In this document: positions 6,871-16,228 of the stretch, one piece after another
How the letters are laid out: each line of letters begins with the position of its first letter
Position numbering within the stretch: position 1 is the stretch's first letter
Source: Telmatocola sphagniphila
GTDB taxonomy: Bacteria; Planctomycetota; Planctomycetia; Gemmatales; Gemmataceae
Assembly (NCBI RefSeq): GCF_018398935.1
Contig: NZ_CP074694.1
Coordinates: 5,220,001-5,252,000 of the forward strand
DNA: 32,000 nt
Direction of reading: 5' to 3'
Position numbers and translations under genes: made by a program
The notes under the pieces: model-generated
What the model was told of the DNA's origin: nothing
Database searches by the model: none
Seen by the model: only the letters and a program-made list of their open reading frames with translations

Positions 6871-8304
6871 CTATTCTTCCTTCCCCCTAAACTCCAAAAA
6901 GCTCCAAGATTCCGGCAGCGCCTTCCGGCGCATGTCGGGATTCCAGAGTCGAAAGCCGAGAATCTCGGGGACTTGCGTTTTTCCCACACTGCTAATGGCC
7001 AGGCCATCCTTGGGAAATCGCATCAGCAAATTTTGACCCGAGTAAGGATCTTTCGGCAGCTCCGAAATATATTTGGGAACCAGTTCCAGCACCGATTTCG
7101 GCCAGCGCTGATTTTCCAAGCGAAAGCGTTCCGTAGCCAGGGCCAGGATCGCACATCTCAAACAGGCTCGATCCGCATGAACGGCCGAAGCAATTTTCGA
7201 GAGCGAATCATCCAGGTGGGGTATGCCGCTGATGAAGCGTTTGATCTGGAACCCGTCCCGTTCGAGTTTCTGTTGTCGTTCTCTTTGAATCTCCTCGAAA
7301 CTCGGCAATATCTCCATCTCGGGGCCCTTCGCCGCATCGATATATTTCGTGACTTCTTCCAGAAATTCGGCCAGGTCATGCTCCACCCAGGGCTGGTAGC
7401 GGAAACGCAGCGTCGCATTCCCCAGCAGACTAAAATCCGCACGAATGTCGACTTCATACATCGAAAGGATCGTTTCGATTTTTTCGTAATCCAGATGATC
7501 GACCATGCGGCGCAAGAAAAATTCGTAATTCCAGGCCCGACTGGATCGCAGGCAGTTGGCCAGCAGTGGAGTGCGATTTTCCTCCTCTAAAGAATGCTGT
7601 AACTTTGCCAACTTCTCAACGGAGGCCGAGCCACGCGATAAAACTTCCTGAAGAGTAAAGACCAGAAAGCGGATGTTATCCGAACGCACATGCATGGATG
7701 TGAGAATTTCATCTTCGGGTAAATATCGCGAAAGATTCAATAAAGCGTGAATGTCGCGCAGGCCGTCATCAATCCGGCTCAGTTGTCCGTTCGCCCGGGA
7801 ATTCCAGCGTATTAAACTGGCTACCTGTTGAACTTCGTTGATCCAGACCAGGTTTTGGGAACCATCAATCGACTGCGGCACTCTTCCTTTCGGAAAGTCG
7901 GCTATACGCACGGCCAGCTGCACCTGCTTCTGGCGTTGCCCCAGCATATCGCCGAGCCAGTCACCGATTTCGAAAGGAATAGGATCGGGAAAGTGGTACT
8001 TGCCAAAGATGTTGGCGGTATTAGTTCGCGTTGGCAGAATGTTGCCGATAGCGTTGATCTCACGGATCAGTCTGTAACCGTTTTCTTCCTCTGAAACCGG
8101 AGTCCGGGCTTCGACAATTCGTTGCCATTCCCAGCCTGGATCTTCCCGCTCAAGTCGGGCCAGGATCCGTTCCAAACTGGCATGGGAAACCGATTGAATG
8201 TAGGCGCGATAGCCCAGGGTCGCGCCGCAAATCAGAAGTAAAGTGAATCCCAAAAGCAGCAGAGCCCGACGGGTCCGCTTATCCGGCAGCCGAAAGAATT
8301 TCAT
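6871..8304 (-). CDS. Hypothetical membrane-anchored protein
   Basis: A 477-codon ORF. The N-terminus has a basic stretch plus a hydrophobic anchor (MKFFRLPDKRTRRALLLLGFTLLLICGATLG). The C-terminal motif (WPKSVLELVPKYISELPKDPYSGQNLLMRFPKDGLAISSVG) recalls the DP(W/F/Y)-G-x-P...S-x-G tail of GspG-type pseudopilins and many uncharacterised Planctomycete proteins. No confident family assignment. Confidence 0.65.
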   Translation of the reverse strand: MKFFRLPDKRTRRALLLLGFTLLLICGATLGYRAYIQSVSHASLERILARLEREDPGWEWQRIVEARTPVSEEENGYRLIREINAIGNILPTRTNTANIFGKYHFPDPIPFEIGDWLGDMLGQRQKQVQLAVRIADFPKGRVPQSIDGSQNLVWINEVQQVASLIRWNSRANGQLSRIDDGLRDIHALLNLSRYLPEDEILTSMHVRSDNIRFLVFTLQEVLSRGSASVEKLAKLQHSLEEENRTPLLANCLRSSRAWNYEFFLRRMVDHLDYEKIETILSMYEVDIRADFSLLGNATLRFRYQPWVEHDLAEFLEEVTKYIDAAKGPEMEILPSFEEIQRERQQKLERDGFQIKRFISGIPHLDDSLSKIASAVHADRACLRCAILALATERFRLENQRWPKSVLELVPKYISELPKDPYSGQNLLMRFPKDGLAISSVGKTQVPEILGFRLWNPDMRRKALPESWSFLEFRGKEE

Positions 8305-8399
8305 AAGTCTCGATCTTGACCGGAGAGAGGTTGATCAAATGCACTTAATGAACATCTTAGGATGTCAGGCGTTCGAGGGACCATCGAAAGACCGAGATT

Positions 8400-10373
8400 T
8401 TAACGTGCCAATTTGGCCGCGCCGGGAGCCGGTGTGATTCCCACAGTACCCAGAGCAATTGTCAGAAAATCGGTAGCGATTTTCTGAATCAACTCGTCGA
8501 TGACCCGACAACTGGCGTCCCAGGCTTCCGCCGGTTGAGTGGTTTTCCAAGGTTCGCCGCTGACTTCCAGATAAGCCTTGGCTTTGGGTTCGGTGCCACT
8601 GGGGCGAAGAACTACTTTGGCTTTATCGCCGAGCCGGAAGATCAGGAAGTTCCGCGAGGCGAAATCGGTTGCTCCTTTGATGGCTCCCATGCGGCCATGC
8701 GTGTCGCGCATATCTTCCACGGCGGTAACGGCCATTCCGCCAATGGTTTTAGGCGGGTCTTTTCGCAGGGCGTCCATCATCTTGGTCATGTTGCTCTTGC
8801 CTTCAATGCCACTCATGACGATGTTGATCAGATCGTTGCGATGGTAGCCGAACTGCTTGTTCAATTGATCCAGGTATTCCGGAACGGTACTGCCTTTGCG
8901 CTTTTGCTCCAGAGCCATCTCCGCCATGAGGACGGCTGCCCCGCCTGCGTCTTTGTCGCGAACCTCAGCTGTGGTTTGCAGGCCGTGGCTCTCTTCGCAG
9001 CCGAGAATGACATCGGCCACACCACCGGTGACATCTTCGTACTGTCCGGTCGATTCGAGTTGCCAGATCACTTCGTTGATGTATTTGAAACCGACCAACA
9101 GATTTTCCACGATTTGAGCATTGAACTTGCGAGCGATCTTTCCGACCAAGCTGGTGGTGACTTCGGTGCAGATGACAATCGGGGAGGAAGGCATGATCCC
9201 TTGCTTGGCCATTTGCGAAAGCTTGAAGTGGGTGGCCAGGGCACAGATTTCCTGACCGGTGATAAAGCGATAAGGAGCTCCGCCATCTTTTTTGGTGCTG
9301 GCCAGGCCGCCGATGCGGTCGGCATCAGGATCGGTAGCCAGCACCAGGTGGGCCTCATTCTTTTTGGCTTCTTCCTCGGCGCGATCCAGACTTTCAGGTA
9401 CTTCGGGATTGGGAGATTTGGTCACGTTGGGAAACTGCCCATCGGGCTTCATCTGCGATTCCACCGGAATGGGTCGGAAGCCGACGGCCTGCAGGGCTTC
9501 CATGGCCGTCATCGATCCCACGCCATGCAGCGGGGTATAAACCAGCCGGAATTCATCGAAATTCGGCGGCGTGATCAGCGATTGCTTTTTGCAGAGTTCG
9601 ATATACTTGCGATGCGGTTCATCATTGAGCCAGTGAATCTTGTTGCTCTTGGCCGCATCGGTCCAGGAGATCGTTTTAATTTCCGTAACCTGTTCGACGT
9701 AATCGCTCATGATCTGATCGTCGGGTGGCACCGGCTGCCCTCCGCGTTCGTCGTAGAATTTGCCGCCGTTGTCATCGGGAGGATTGTGGGAAGCGGAGAT
9801 GTTCAAGCCGCCCTGCGCCTGAAGTAGTCGGATGTAAAACGACAGTTCGGGTGTGGCCAGATAGCGTTTGCTGTCCGCGGGCAGAATGTGCGCATGGATT
9901 CCGTTGGCTATGTAGATGCAAGCGGCGAACTCGGCGAAGTTCCGACTCGACAGGTGCAGCACCGGATTGGGCAGAGCCGGGTTATATACCTTACGCTTGT
10001 CTTCAAATTGCCGGACGTCGAAGGCCAGCACGACGGCAATCGGTTTGCCGAGAGAGGGAAAGCGAGCTTTGAGATATTCGCAGTGTCCCTGCACGCTGGC
10101 ACCGGAGGTCCAGAGATTCATGCGATTGGGGCCGATGCCGACGGCACCGCGGCGCCCGCCCGTACCAAAGGGGAGAACCTGGTAGAACTGATCCAGCACA
10201 TCGGCGAATTTGCCATTTTGAATCTGCCACTCTATCTGCGGCTTGTAGGAAGCATAATCGGAGTGGGTGAGCCAGGTTTGCAGATATTCGAGGGCTTTCA
10301 CTTTGTAAGCAGGGTCCGCTTCGATCTTGGCGAAACCTTCTTTGGCAATGGCTAGCAGGTCCATATGGTTCAT
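8400..10373 (-). CDS. Alpha-D-phosphohexomutase family protein (phosphoglucomutase/phosphomannomutase-like)
   Basis: Contains the catalytic phosphoserine loop ISASHNPPDDNGGKFY, a metal-binding type loop (LATDPDADRIG) and GCEESHG. The 657-aa length fits the long PGM-like forms. Substrate specificity cannot be read from the sequence. Confidence 0.85.
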   Translation of the reverse strand: MNHMDLLAIAKEGFAKIEADPAYKVKALEYLQTWLTHSDYASYKPQIEWQIQNGKFADVLDQFYQVLPFGTGGRRGAVGIGPNRMNLWTSGASVQGHCEYLKARFPSLGKPIAVVLAFDVRQFEDKRKVYNPALPNPVLHLSSRNFAEFAACIYIANGIHAHILPADSKRYLATPELSFYIRLLQAQGGLNISASHNPPDDNGGKFYDERGGQPVPPDDQIMSDYVEQVTEIKTISWTDAAKSNKIHWLNDEPHRKYIELCKKQSLITPPNFDEFRLVYTPLHGVGSMTAMEALQAVGFRPIPVESQMKPDGQFPNVTKSPNPEVPESLDRAEEEAKKNEAHLVLATDPDADRIGGLASTKKDGGAPYRFITGQEICALATHFKLSQMAKQGIMPSSPIVICTEVTTSLVGKIARKFNAQIVENLLVGFKYINEVIWQLESTGQYEDVTGGVADVILGCEESHGLQTTAEVRDKDAGGAAVLMAEMALEQKRKGSTVPEYLDQLNKQFGYHRNDLINIVMSGIEGKSNMTKMMDALRKDPPKTIGGMAVTAVEDMRDTHGRMGAIKGATDFASRNFLIFRLGDKAKVVLRPSGTEPKAKAYLEVSGEPWKTTQPAEAWDASCRVIDELIQKIATDFLTIALGTVGITPAPGAAKLAR

Positions 10374-10471
10374 ATCCCGAGAGATTTTGGAATCGACTAC
10401 GAGTTGGTACTGTAATCCCTAAGAGGGGAGTGGGCAAGCAATTGAGGCGAAGCGCGTGCTGAAATATCGGT

Positions 10472-11671
10472 TCAAGCCGCCATCGGAGAACTCGATCGGC
10501 CGGACAGGAAAGCAAAGACTTCTTCGAGTTGCTCGTAGCCCTGCTGGAGCAAAAAAGTTCGATCCGAACTGGCGGACTTGCAGCCGAGTACGAAAAAATT
10601 CGGCTCCGGCTGACGAAAATCGGAGGAGGGAATCTGAACGTGCAATTCACTGAAAAGTGAAGTGTTGGGCCGATATCCCACGTTGGCGATGACTCGGTCG
10701 ACTTCCCAGACCTGCTCCTGTCCGGCGCATTTGCCCACGACGCGAAACCCCTTGTCGGGGCCGTGGCAGGTGATTTCTTCAATCCAGGTTTGCGGATGAT
10801 ATTCGAGGTTGCCTTCGCCGCGGGCCGCCAGGCTATTGGCTTTAGCGGCTAGCCGATCCCGTTCGCGGAAAGTGTCGTTGGCGATGCGGGGTATCGGCGA
10901 CCCTTTGGCCGCCTGCGATAACCAGAAGACCCAGGTGGCCGAGTGTTCTTCGGCGAGCGTGGCCAGGTTGCAGACCGTCGTGGCCGCGCTGTAGCCGCCA
11001 CCGATGACAATGATGCTCTTTCCCGCGTAGTAAGCTCGGCGCGTGCCGAGGATGTCTTCCAGGCCGTAAGCGATCTGATTTTCCGAAGATCGCTCATTTA
11101 ATGCCGATATGCCGCCATGCCCGGCCCAGCGATGCTGGGAGTAAGTGCCCGTGCAGTCGAAAACCAGATCGAATTCCACAAAGCTTTCTGTTTTTTTGTC
11201 GTCCCGGATATGAAGTCGAAACGGCGCATTTGCCCGGCGCGGATCTTCGGCCGCCGTGCTATGAAAAAGACCGGTACGAGCGATCGCCAGCACTTCCGTT
11301 TTCATTTTCAGAATCGGATCGAGTGAACTGGTCATGCTCAGAGGAATCAAATAACTGTCGCGAAACTGGGTGCCGGTCACGAATTCATTCGGCTGAGGTA
11401 GGGTGTGATCCTTGTGATCGCGCAGGATCGCTTCGATGCCCATTTCCGTGGTATTCAACCCGAAGGGGCTGAAGAGTTTGACGTGTCCCCACTGGCGGAT
11501 ATGATCGGCCAATTCCCCTTTATCGTAGACGGTGACCTGGTAACCTTCACGCACCGCCTGAAGAGCGGCTTGCAGGCCGATCGGCCCGGCGCCCAGAATC
11601 GCCAATCTCTGACTGGCCGGTTTGAACTTCGGTTTCGCCGGTGCGGAAAATAGCTTCCCTGCCCATAGCAT
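10472..11671 (-). CDS. FAD/NAD(P)-binding oxidoreductase (two-dinucleotide-fold flavoprotein)
   Basis: N-terminal Rossmann motif LAILGAGPIGLQAALQAVREGYQVTVYDKGE. A second GxGxxA motif is KSIIVIGGGYSAATTV. Specific function unknown. Confidence 0.7.
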   Translation of the reverse strand: MLWAGKLFSAPAKPKFKPASQRLAILGAGPIGLQAALQAVREGYQVTVYDKGELADHIRQWGHVKLFSPFGLNTTEMGIEAILRDHKDHTLPQPNEFVTGTQFRDSYLIPLSMTSSLDPILKMKTEVLAIARTGLFHSTAAEDPRRANAPFRLHIRDDKKTESFVEFDLVFDCTGTYSQHRWAGHGGISALNERSSENQIAYGLEDILGTRRAYYAGKSIIVIGGGYSAATTVCNLATLAEEHSATWVFWLSQAAKGSPIPRIANDTFRERDRLAAKANSLAARGEGNLEYHPQTWIEEITCHGPDKGFRVVGKCAGQEQVWEVDRVIANVGYRPNTSLFSELHVQIPSSDFRQPEPNFFVLGCKSASSDRTFLLQQGYEQLEEVFAFLSGRSSSPMAA

Positions 11672-11730
11672 ATCGGAGAGTCGATACCTTCTAATAATTG
11701 AATCTGCCCGACCGATGGTTTTGCGATCTT

Positions 11731-12540
11731 TTATATTCGGACAAGGATCTCACCTTTGCCCGCTGAAACCCGGTCTCCTACGTATCGGATATATCGGCTT
11801 TCCGGGGTCAATTTCGGAAGTGGGAAATCCTTCGACTTGAGAAACTTGGTGTAAATACCCAGGAAATTCGGCTGATATTCGCCGCTCGCTGTGAAGCCGG
11901 GACTAACGTTGGACATTTTTCCCAGCGCAATGAGAGAGCCGCGCTTCATGCCGGCGCCAGGCGATTTCCCCAAATCCCCACCGACCAGAATTGTGCCGGC
12001 GATCATGGAAATACCGACGAAATCTCCACAATTGCCCGCAACGGCTATGGTGCCGCGCCGCATATGTGCCCCCACCTCATCGCCGGCGTGCCCATCTATC
12101 AAAATTGTGCCTCCTGCCATACCCCGACTTTCGCCTCGATAGGCCGCCCCAACTAGGTCACCCGCATGACTGCGAACTCGAATGGTTCCCCCTTGCATTC
12201 CCGCACCTAGCCAGTCTTCCGCTCCGCCGTAGACATCGATCAATCCACCCTGCATTCCGGCTCCCAAATGCATTCCCGCGGAACCTCGAATGATCAGAGT
12301 GCCGGTGGACATCCGCTCTCCCAATCGTTTAATATTAGAACAATCTCCTAATAATTCGATTGTTCCATCAGTTGGATCACCATCTAGGTCAAAGAAGTCT
12401 TCAATGAGGCCACAATTTCGACCTTGCCAGATAGGTAATTTCCTGATGTCCATTAAAGAAAGCGTCTGTAAGACGTTAGGACGGATGGAATCGGCTTCGA
12501 GTGGAATTGGCCCGTTGGATTTGAGAATGAGTCGAAGCAT
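11731..12540 (-). CDS. FwdC/FhcC-like protein (formylmethanofuran dehydrogenase subunit C family, GXGXG beta-helix domain)
   Basis: Repeated G-x-G-M-x-G-G turns (GSAGMHLGAGMQGGLIDVYGGAEDWLGAGMQGGTIRVRSHAGDLVGAAY...MAGGTILIDGHAGDEVGAHMRRGTIAVAGNCGDFVGISMIAGTILVGGDLGKSPGAGMKRGSLIALG) are typical of FwdC/FhcC and the glutamate synthase C-terminal domain. The start is set at ATG 12540 (MLRLILKSNGPIPLEADSIRP...), which fits the family N-terminus. The ORF stays open up to 12642. Confidence 0.75.
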   Translation of the reverse strand: MLRLILKSNGPIPLEADSIRPNVLQTLSLMDIRKLPIWQGRNCGLIEDFFDLDGDPTDGTIELLGDCSNIKRLGERMSTGTLIIRGSAGMHLGAGMQGGLIDVYGGAEDWLGAGMQGGTIRVRSHAGDLVGAAYRGESRGMAGGTILIDGHAGDEVGAHMRRGTIAVAGNCGDFVGISMIAGTILVGGDLGKSPGAGMKRGSLIALGKMSNVSPGFTASGEYQPNFLGIYTKFLKSKDFPLPKLTPESRYIRYVGDRVSAGKGEILVRI

Positions 12541-13198
12541 AAGCGGTATGATAACGCGCGGTGAATGAAGAGTCCTCAAATAATCGGCACGCCAATTGCC
12601 AATTATGAATTTCCACGAGCAAACATCACCTAAAGTATCCAATTTGCCCGTTTTGTAGGCGATTTATGCTCGGATTGTCGGCTGACGATGAAGGGTCGGA
12701 GTTTTTGTATGAGTAATCGAATCCTCTATGCGTTCTATGCTACGTTTGCTTTGCTGGTTCTGGGTATTGGCTTGGTCTGTGCGGCCAAACCATAATAAGT
12801 TTGTTCCAAGTGCCGGCTAATTACCGGTTCTTGAAGCATACGTATGGCCTGAGATTCCTCAATGTGGGGCGCACCCTAGACAATTAATCTTATAAACTTT
12901 AGAACGTGCAAATTTTATTGTTAAGTCGAAAATAACTTCATTTTTTGCCTTAAGATTCCAATATTTTGTCAGCAAATAGACCGACTAGCAGTTTTCTTCT
13001 TTTCTGGATCTGCAGGATTATGTCTCTGATCCATTGTGAAAAACGGAGTACTTAGGCTGGCAGAGGATAAATTTTTTGTCCCACCTAAAACTATTTCAAA
13101 ATTCACGGCATAGTCGTCATTTCTCGGCCGCTCAACATTTCCACTTATTCTAATTATTCCAGTAGCTAGTTCTCGGCTGGAAATCCCCAGCGCGAGAT

Positions 13199-16084
13199 AT
13201 GTGCGGCCATTTTGTAGGGAATTATATGCCGGGAATTCTCTCAGCGACGATTAAGTCCCCAGTTCGTCTTCAGTCCAATGGATCGACCATCGATGCCCAT
13301 ATTTCTGAAGAAAGTCGAGTGGTAACCCGTGTTGTCTCGCGATGGCAGGCTGAACAGGGTTCAGAGGAATTGAATTCCAAATCCGGCAACTCGGCGGACT
13401 TTATGAGTTTCGCCAGCATTCGAAATAATTCCATGCTCCAACGGGAATCGTTCCCCGCGGTAGGCGACATCTTCATGGGGTTCAAACTGGTATCGATTCT
13501 GGGTACTGGTGGCTTTGCCCGAGTTTATCTGGCTCAGCAGGAAAATCTGGCGGATCGCCCCGTTGCTTTGAAGGTGACTTCGCTTCCCAACAGGGAACCG
13601 CAACGGCTGGCGCGTCTGCAGCATCAGAACATCATGCCGATTCACTCGGTGCATTATGCAAATCCTTTTCAAGCGGTTTGCATGCCCTATCTGGGTACGG
13701 TAACACTCCACGATGTCATTCGCCTGGCCTTCAAAGATCGCAAAGCTCCCAGCAGCGGGGGCACTATCTTCGAAACCGAACGGGCTATGCGGACGACATT
13801 GATCGAAACGTATCCCGATGCGGTGCCGCAGATGGAACCGAGCATAGAGGGCTGCGAAAAATCCTTCCGATTCAAGAATGAACTTCTCCAGTTAGGTTAT
13901 GTGGAAGCCATTCTGACCATTGTTTCTCGAATCTGCGACGGTTTAGAGCACGCGCACAATGTGGGTGTGATTCATCGCGATCTTAAACCCGCGAATATCC
14001 TCCTGTCGACCGATGGTCAGCCTTTGCTTCTGGATTTCAACCTGGCGGTCGATGTTCGATCGAACGATCAGATTGAGGCGGGCGGAACTATTCCTTACAT
14101 GGCTCCCGAGCAACTTCGGGCGTTGATGAAACAGCGCGAGGAAGCGATTACCCCCAGTTGCGACTTGTATGCTCTGGGTATCATCGCTTACGAGCTACTG
14201 ACGGGAAGCGCGCCCTTTCCAGCACTGACGCGCGAGAACAGCAAATACCAGTTCGATATGTCGGCAACGGAAAATGCCCGCAAATCCGAACCCGATGCCG
14301 CCTCTAAACACAATCCGGAAGTGCCCGTTTCCGTCGATATTATTTTGCGGAAGCTACTGGCTTATCACGAAAAGGATCGCTACGAATCGGCCGCGCAATT
14401 GAAGGAAGACATTGATCGCCAGTTAAAAAATCTGTCCCTGCGATATGCCCGGGATCCGATTACCGTTCGCATTGAGAAATTGCATCGTCGAAATCGCAAG
14501 GTTTTACCCAGCTTGGCCGTGACGGGAGCTTTGATTCTCATGGGATCTATTGCAATCGCCAACGACCGATTGCAATTCATCGAAAATAAATCTCAAGCAG
14601 ACAAAAAATTCCTGGAGTCTATCAGTCAGCTCGATCTGGCTCGGGTCGAATCCAGTGAATCTTTATTACCCGGAGTCCGCGATCAGGGATTAAATCGAAT
14701 GACCCGGGTCATGGATAACTACCTGTTACTGGGTGATAGAAACTCGAATTCTAATACTCCCTTCGAATATCTTTCCGTCGAACAGCAGGGTCAGTTGCGG
14801 GAACGATTTGGAGAATCTCTACTCATTCTGGCCGATCAGGAAAAAAGAAAAAATGATCTAAATTCCTGGCATAACGCGTTGGATTTAAACAAACGCGCCG
14901 AGAAGCTCTTCGGCAGTGACAAAATGCCGGAGTATGGCTGGCAACAGCAAAAAGAACTGGCGGAGAAGCTCGAAGACAAAAAAATTCAAGAGCGGGCCGG
15001 CTACTTGCAGCATCTGCCCGAATCGAACACTTCCACGAATTCTCTCTTGAAAATGAACGATTTTATCAGACGAAACCAGTTTGAAGATGCAATTGCCGAG
15101 TTGAAAATTTACATCGAGAACAATCCGACCAGAGCGGACGGTCATATACTTCTCGCAAACTGCTATAGGATGACTCAGCAGTCAATAAAAGCATTGGAAA
15201 GACTAAATGTTGCCATATCGCTCGATCCGAAAAATTGCTTGGCTTTATATAAACGGGCCGAGATCCAGATGGATCTTTCAGATTATGATGCAGCTTTAAA
15301 GGATATAAATAATGCTTTGGCAATGGATTCTCTGGGAGGTCTCGGATATTGGGTGAAAGCAAAATATTATAGCCGCATAACTCCTGTAAATTTTAAAGAA
15401 GGCTTGAAAGCTTTATACGAAGCCGAAAAAGAGAATTACGAATTATTTCCGATCTATGCATTACGAATTCGATTTTTGTTAGTAAATAATTTCGAAGAAG
15501 CAAAGACAATAATTGATTACTTGAATCAAATTCCTGCCAGAGGTATACAAGATTACAGCCACCGCGCCTGGGCCAATATTCAGGTAAAACAATACGAAAT
15601 AGCTCGTCAGGATTACGAAGCTGCGCTCAGTTTTGATCCAAACAACACATCGCTTCTTCTGGGATTGTCGACGGCTCTTGCATTTAAAAATGATTACAGT
15701 AGTGCTGCGGAAGTCTGTAAGCGTGTACTTGAAATATCTCCCAGATCGCACCTGGCTCAAAGTTCTTTAGCAATTTATCTGGCTCGTCTGGGGGAACATG
15801 AAAAAGCTCGAAAGCTAGCGGATGAATCGGTTGTTAATTGCGAAGATCCCGAATTTTATTATAAAGCGGCCTGCGTTTACTCTCTGGGCAGTCAAAATTA
15901 CCCGGAATACGGTCCACTCGCCACAAGATATCTGGTCAAAGCGGCCACGAAAAAATTTGAATACTTCAATAAAATGGAAGCTGACAAGGATATTGACCCG
16001 ATCCGAAAAATTCCCGAATACAAGGCCTTGGTCAAAGCTAAAGATACTCTGCAGAACCTATTTAACCTCAGCTTGAATAAGTGA
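13199..16084 (+). CDS. Ser/Thr protein kinase with TM helix and C-terminal TPR repeat region
   Basis: Has the glycine loop and VAIK-like motif (LGTGGFARVYLA...VALKV), catalytic loop HRDLKPANILL, DFN in place of DFG, and PYMAPEQ. A TM segment (VLPSLAVTGALILMGSIAIA) follows. About 400 aa of TPR-like repeats come next (AIAELKIYIENNPTRADGHILLANCY..., ALYKRAEIQMDLSDYDAALKDINNALAMD...). Alternative starts exist at 13226 and 13403. Confidence 0.85.
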   Translation: MCGHFVGNYMPGILSATIKSPVRLQSNGSTIDAHISEESRVVTRVVSRWQAEQGSEELNSKSGNSADFMSFASIRNNSMLQRESFPAVGDIFMGFKLVSILGTGGFARVYLAQQENLADRPVALKVTSLPNREPQRLARLQHQNIMPIHSVHYANPFQAVCMPYLGTVTLHDVIRLAFKDRKAPSSGGTIFETERAMRTTLIETYPDAVPQMEPSIEGCEKSFRFKNELLQLGYVEAILTIVSRICDGLEHAHNVGVIHRDLKPANILLSTDGQPLLLDFNLAVDVRSNDQIEAGGTIPYMAPEQLRALMKQREEAITPSCDLYALGIIAYELLTGSAPFPALTRENSKYQFDMSATENARKSEPDAASKHNPEVPVSVDIILRKLLAYHEKDRYESAAQLKEDIDRQLKNLSLRYARDPITVRIEKLHRRNRKVLPSLAVTGALILMGSIAIANDRLQFIENKSQADKKFLESISQLDLARVESSESLLPGVRDQGLNRMTRVMDNYLLLGDRNSNSNTPFEYLSVEQQGQLRERFGESLLILADQEKRKNDLNSWHNALDLNKRAEKLFGSDKMPEYGWQQQKELAEKLEDKKIQERAGYLQHLPESNTSTNSLLKMNDFIRRNQFEDAIAELKIYIENNPTRADGHILLANCYRMTQQSIKALERLNVAISLDPKNCLALYKRAEIQMDLSDYDAALKDINNALAMDSLGGLGYWVKAKYYSRITPVNFKEGLKALYEAEKENYELFPIYALRIRFLLVNNFEEAKTIIDYLNQIPARGIQDYSHRAWANIQVKQYEIARQDYEAALSFDPNNTSLLLGLSTALAFKNDYSSAAEVCKRVLEISPRSHLAQSSLAIYLARLGEHEKARKLADESVVNCEDPEFYYKAACVYSLGSQNYPEYGPLATRYLVKAATKKFEYFNKMEADKDIDPIRKIPEYKALVKAKDTLQNLFNLSLNK

Positions 16085-16132
16085 AAAATTCCCGAACGTA
16101 AGCCGTATCGGATTGATTCTCCACCTCCACTA

Positions 16133-16154
16133 CTCTCCACCCGCGGGTGGAGAG
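16133..16154 (+). terminator. GC-rich palindromic hairpin downstream of the kinase-TPR gene (possible terminator)
   Basis: CTCTCCACCC (16133-42) and GGGTGGAGAG (16145-54) are perfect reverse complements, giving an effective 8-bp stem with loop CCGCGG. Two more CTCCAC copies precede it. The nearest T5 run is about 16 nt downstream, so this is not a canonical terminator. Confidence 0.35.
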
Positions 16155-16228
16155 GCCTACTGACGCCTAATTTTTGATCGGCAGTTTCTCCTTCTTTTCG
16201 TTACTATGACTCTGAAGGAGTTCGAAAA

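Noticed and set aside
6816-7007. A 63-aa minus-strand ORF reading through the heptamer repeat (…RSAISDQRSAISDQRPLKN)
   Set aside because: Its repetitive C-terminus is simply the translated microsatellite. It overlaps the real gene 6871-8304 in a different frame.
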